A DNA stretch of 64,000 nucleotides from Trueperaceae bacterium (lineage in GTDB: Bacteria; Deinococcota; Deinococci; Deinococcales; Trueperaceae): the NCBI GenBank assembly GCA_034521815.1, contig JAXHLW010000013.1, positions 1,248,001-1,312,000 of the forward strand. The letters run 5' to 3'. The notes below the pieces were generated by a model. That model had not been told where the DNA came from. It did no database searches and saw nothing but the letters and a program-made list of their open reading frames with translations. The position numbers and the translations under genes were made by a program. This document shows positions 61,260-64,000 of the stretch, piece by piece (the first letter of the stretch is position 1; the number at the start of each line of letters is the position of its first letter).

Positions 61260-63016
61260 CCGGCGGTCGCGAGCCGCTCAGGCGCTTCCTGCTTCCGTTC
61301 GGCCGGGTCGGCTGGGCGGGGGTCGGGGCCGCGATCGTGTCGGCCGGGCTCCGGGTCGCCGTGGTTCCACTCTTCGTGGGGCCGGTGTTCGATGGCGTCG
61401 TCGCGCAAGGTCGCCTGGACGCTCTCCCAGGCGTGTTGGCCACCACGGGCGCGGCGGTGGCGGCGATGTCGGTCGCCCTCCTGGCGCAGGACGCCTGGCT
61501 GGCGCGGGCGGGCGCGAGCCTGGCCGCGAGCTGGCGCACGCGGCTCTACGACGGACTGTTGAAGCGCGAGCCGGGCCAGCTGCCGGGAACGTCCGGCGGA
61601 CTGGCCGGCCGGATCGTCACCGACCTTCGCGAGGTCGAGACGTACCACCAGTACGGCATCGGCACCCTGGCGGCGGAGAGCGCGGCGATCGTCGGCATTC
61701 TGGGCGTGCTGCTGTGGCGCGCCCCCTTGCCGACGTTGGCGCTCATGGCGCTGGGAGTTCCCAGCGCCCTGCTGCTGGGTGCGCTGGGTCGTCGCCTCCG
61801 CGGGCAGGCGGATCGTGCGCAGGCCGGCAGCGAGGCCGTGGTGGCCCACCTGCAGGAGGGGCTGCGTCAACACGCGGTGGTCCGCGCGTTCGACGCCGAG
61901 CCGTTCATGCTGCGGAGGTTCGCCAGCGCGAACGAGGCCACCCGGCGTGCAGCGTCTCGCCGCGGGCTGTTGTCCGCGCTGCAGGTTCCCGCCACGCAGA
62001 TCGCCGTGTTCGCGGCGCTGGCGGGACTCGTCGCGCTGCTCGCCGGTCGCGCCGCGGCCGGCTCCATGTCGGTGGGCGGCGTGCTCGAGTACCTGACGCT
62101 GGTGGCCCTGCTCGCGACGCCGGCGCAGCTGCTTCCGCGAGGCTACGCGCTGGCGCGCCAGGCCGAGGCGGCGGGGCGCCGGCTGGTCGCCTTGGCGGAT
62201 CGGGTGCCGGGCGACGACGCACCGGACCGCCCAGCGCTGGGCGACGACGCGCCGGGCCTGGACGCGCCGGATCCCGACACGCCGGGCCTGGACGCACCGG
62301 ACCGCCAAGCACCGGGCGACATGGGAGGCGACGAGAGCTTGGTGCTCGACGACGTCTGGGCGCGGCATCAGGATGGCCCGTGGATCCTTCGCGGCGCGTC
62401 CGCGCGACTCCCGGCACGCGGCCTGGTCGCCCTGGTCGGCGACAGCGGCGCCGGCAAGAGCACGCTGCTCGCGGTGCTTCTCGGCTTCATGCCCGCCGCT
62501 CGCGGCTCGCTGGAGCTGGCGGGCGTGCCGCTCCGCTCTCGACCCGACGCGATCGGCTGGGTGCCGCAATCGCTGGATCTGATGCGCGGCAGCGTACGCG
62601 ACAACCTGACGCTGGGCCGATCGGCGTCGGACGACGAGATCTGGACCGCCCTGCGTGCGGTCGCGTTGGACCAGGCCGTGAACGACCTTCCTGCCGGCCT
62701 CGATCACCCGCTGACCGAGGACGGCGCGGGCCTTTCCGGAGGCCAGCGACAGCGGCTCGCGATCGCGCGCGCCCTCCTTCGCCGCCCGGCGGCTCTGCTG
62801 CTCGACGAGCCCACCGCCAACCTGGACGGCGCGTCCGAGGAGGCGCTGGTGCGCACGCTGCGTCGCGAGGCACGCCACCGCCTGGTGCTCGCCGTGGCCC
62901 ATCGCACCGCCCTGGCCGACGCCGCCGACCTGGTCCTGCGCCTGCACGACGGGCGGCTGGACCGTGTCCAGGCCGCCACCGCGGACGATGCGACGAACGC
63001 TGGGAGAGCGACGTGA
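61256..63016 (+). CDS. ABC exporter, fused TMD-NBD (MsbA-like)
   Basis: TM domain, GDSGAGKST, LSGGQRQRLAIARA, LLDEPT and AHR. Confidence 0.88.
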   Translation: MTGGREPLRRFLLPFGRVGWAGVGAAIVSAGLRVAVVPLFVGPVFDGVVAQGRLDALPGVLATTGAAVAAMSVALLAQDAWLARAGASLAASWRTRLYDGLLKREPGQLPGTSGGLAGRIVTDLREVETYHQYGIGTLAAESAAIVGILGVLLWRAPLPTLALMALGVPSALLLGALGRRLRGQADRAQAGSEAVVAHLQEGLRQHAVVRAFDAEPFMLRRFASANEATRRAASRRGLLSALQVPATQIAVFAALAGLVALLAGRAAAGSMSVGGVLEYLTLVALLATPAQLLPRGYALARQAEAAGRRLVALADRVPGDDAPDRPALGDDAPGLDAPDPDTPGLDAPDRQAPGDMGGDESLVLDDVWARHQDGPWILRGASARLPARGLVALVGDSGAGKSTLLAVLLGFMPAARGSLELAGVPLRSRPDAIGWVPQSLDLMRGSVRDNLTLGRSASDDEIWTALRAVALDQAVNDLPAGLDHPLTEDGAGLSGGQRQRLAIARALLRRPAALLLDEPTANLDGASEEALVRTLRREARHRLVLAVAHRTALADAADLVLRLHDGRLDRVQAATADDATNAGRAT

Positions 63017-63046
63017 CCGGGAAAGCCACGTGACCGGGAGACGGAT

Positions 63047-63814
63047 GTGAACGAGAACGACCTGTACGACGACGCCGAGCTGTACGACGACGCCGAGCTG
63101 TACGACGCCCAGTACCGCTGGTACCGCGACGACCTGGCGTTCTACCGCGATCTCGCCCTCGATCGTCCCGGCGCCGTGCTCGAGATCGGTGCCGGTACCG
63201 GCCGCGTCACCGTCGAGCTCGCCAGGCTCGCCGAACGGGTCGTGGCGTTGGAGCCGTCGGAAGCGATGCGAGCGGCGGCAGCGGCTCGCCTGGACGAGGC
63301 CGGCGTAGCGGGGCGCGTCGAGCTACGCGACCAGGACGCTCGCGAGCTGGCCGAGGACGGCGGGTTCGCTCTGGTGGTGGCGCCGTTCCACGTGCTCATG
63401 CACTTCGTGACGCTCGACGACCAGGACGCGGTGCTGCGCGGCGCTCGGTCGGCGCTGGACCCCGGCGGCGCGTTCGCCTGCGACCTGTTCGTGCCCCGCT
63501 TCGGACCCGACGACGTGCTGCGCCGGGAGACGACCTGGCGCGACGCGGCCGGTCGCGACGCGGAGCTGTGGACCGTCCAGCACCACCACGCGGCGCAGCA
63601 ACGGATCGAGAGCCTGTACCTCGTGGACCGGGTCGGCTCGGACGGCATCGTTCGGCGGAGCCGGCGCACCTTGGTCCAGCGCTACTTCCATCGCTACGAG
63701 CTCGAGCGGGCCGTGCGCAGCGCAGGCTTCCCGGACGTGCGTCTCTTCGGCGATTTCGACCGACGGCCGCTGGACGACGACGCGGCCCGCTACGTGGTGC
63801 TCGCGACGATCTGA
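63047..63814 (+). CDS. class I SAM-dependent methyltransferase
   Basis: [17 protein letters not shown] and LDPGG. Confidence 0.88.
   Translation: MNENDLYDDAELYDDAELYDAQYRWYRDDLAFYRDLALDRPGAVLEIGAGTGRVTVELARLAERVVALEPSEAMRAAAAARLDEAGVAGRVELRDQDARELAEDGGFALVVAPFHVLMHFVTLDDQDAVLRGARSALDPGGAFACDLFVPRFGPDDVLRRETTWRDAAGRDAELWTVQHHHAAQQRIESLYLVDRVGSDGIVRRSRRTLVQRYFHRYELERAVRSAGFPDVRLFGDFDRRPLDDDAARYVVLATI
63062..63109. repeat. 18-bp tandem repeat encoding LYDDAE
   Basis: ctgtacgacgacgccgag x2 plus a partial third copy. Confidence 0.9.
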
Positions 63815-63888
63815 CCTGCCCTTCCTCGCGCGACCCGACCCGCGACCTGCACGGCGAAGGCGCGCATCAGCGGCGTATCGGGCACGCA

Positions 63889-63999
63889 TCAGTCGCCCTC
63901 GAGCACCCGCGCCGCCGCGCCGCTCGCGGCGCCGAACGGCACGTCGTGGCCCAGCTCGCGCAGGACGGACTCGAGCGTGCCGGCCAGCCCCAGCGCGTC
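63889..63999 (-). CDS. C-terminal fragment of a gene continuing beyond the window, possibly a class-V aminotransferase
   Basis: DALGLAGTLESVLRELGHDVPFGAASGAAARVLEGD-stop; only 36 residues are visible. Confidence 0.4.
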   Translation of the reverse strand, partial: DALGLAGTLESVLRELGHDVPFGAASGAAARVLEGD

Positions 64000-64000
64000 G

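Overview
High-GC bacterial chromosomal window of mostly core genes, most likely from a member of Deinococcota, possibly Truepera-like. The taxonomy is inferred from the rpoZ and long-form hflX sequences, the DUF5693-csaB pair, the cinA-recA-rny order and pervasive leaderless TAnnnT promoters. Main blocks: PP2C/DsbA/two Roadblock genes; fatty-acid beta-oxidation genes; hflX; argR-coaBC-rpoZ-gmk; pyrG-udk-csaB; an AAA+/vWA pair; cinA-recA-rny; prs-rplY-pth; an SLC13 permease; pstSCAB; T-box-controlled valS; mrp; a membrane pseudokinase; guaA; EVE-hrcA-moaD; tsaE-tsaB; and mreB followed by a lipid A cluster (lpxD-lpxC-gnnA-like-fabZ-lpxA-lpxB-msbA-like). No rRNA, tRNA, CRISPR array or mobile element was seen. 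The best candidate for an undescribed system is a three-gene module at 48127-53829: two proteins sharing an unnamed N-terminal helical domain and a C-terminal Roadblock-like domain flank a membrane protein with a large exported domain. Other highlights are the lipid A pathway with a GnnA-like enzyme, a strongly G/T-skewed recA, an ATC-start hflX with a JAB-like motif, and many 9-18 bp tandem duplications at gene ends. Several single-base frameshifts or missing stops suggest sequencing error. All family assignments come from motif recognition by eye, not from database searches.
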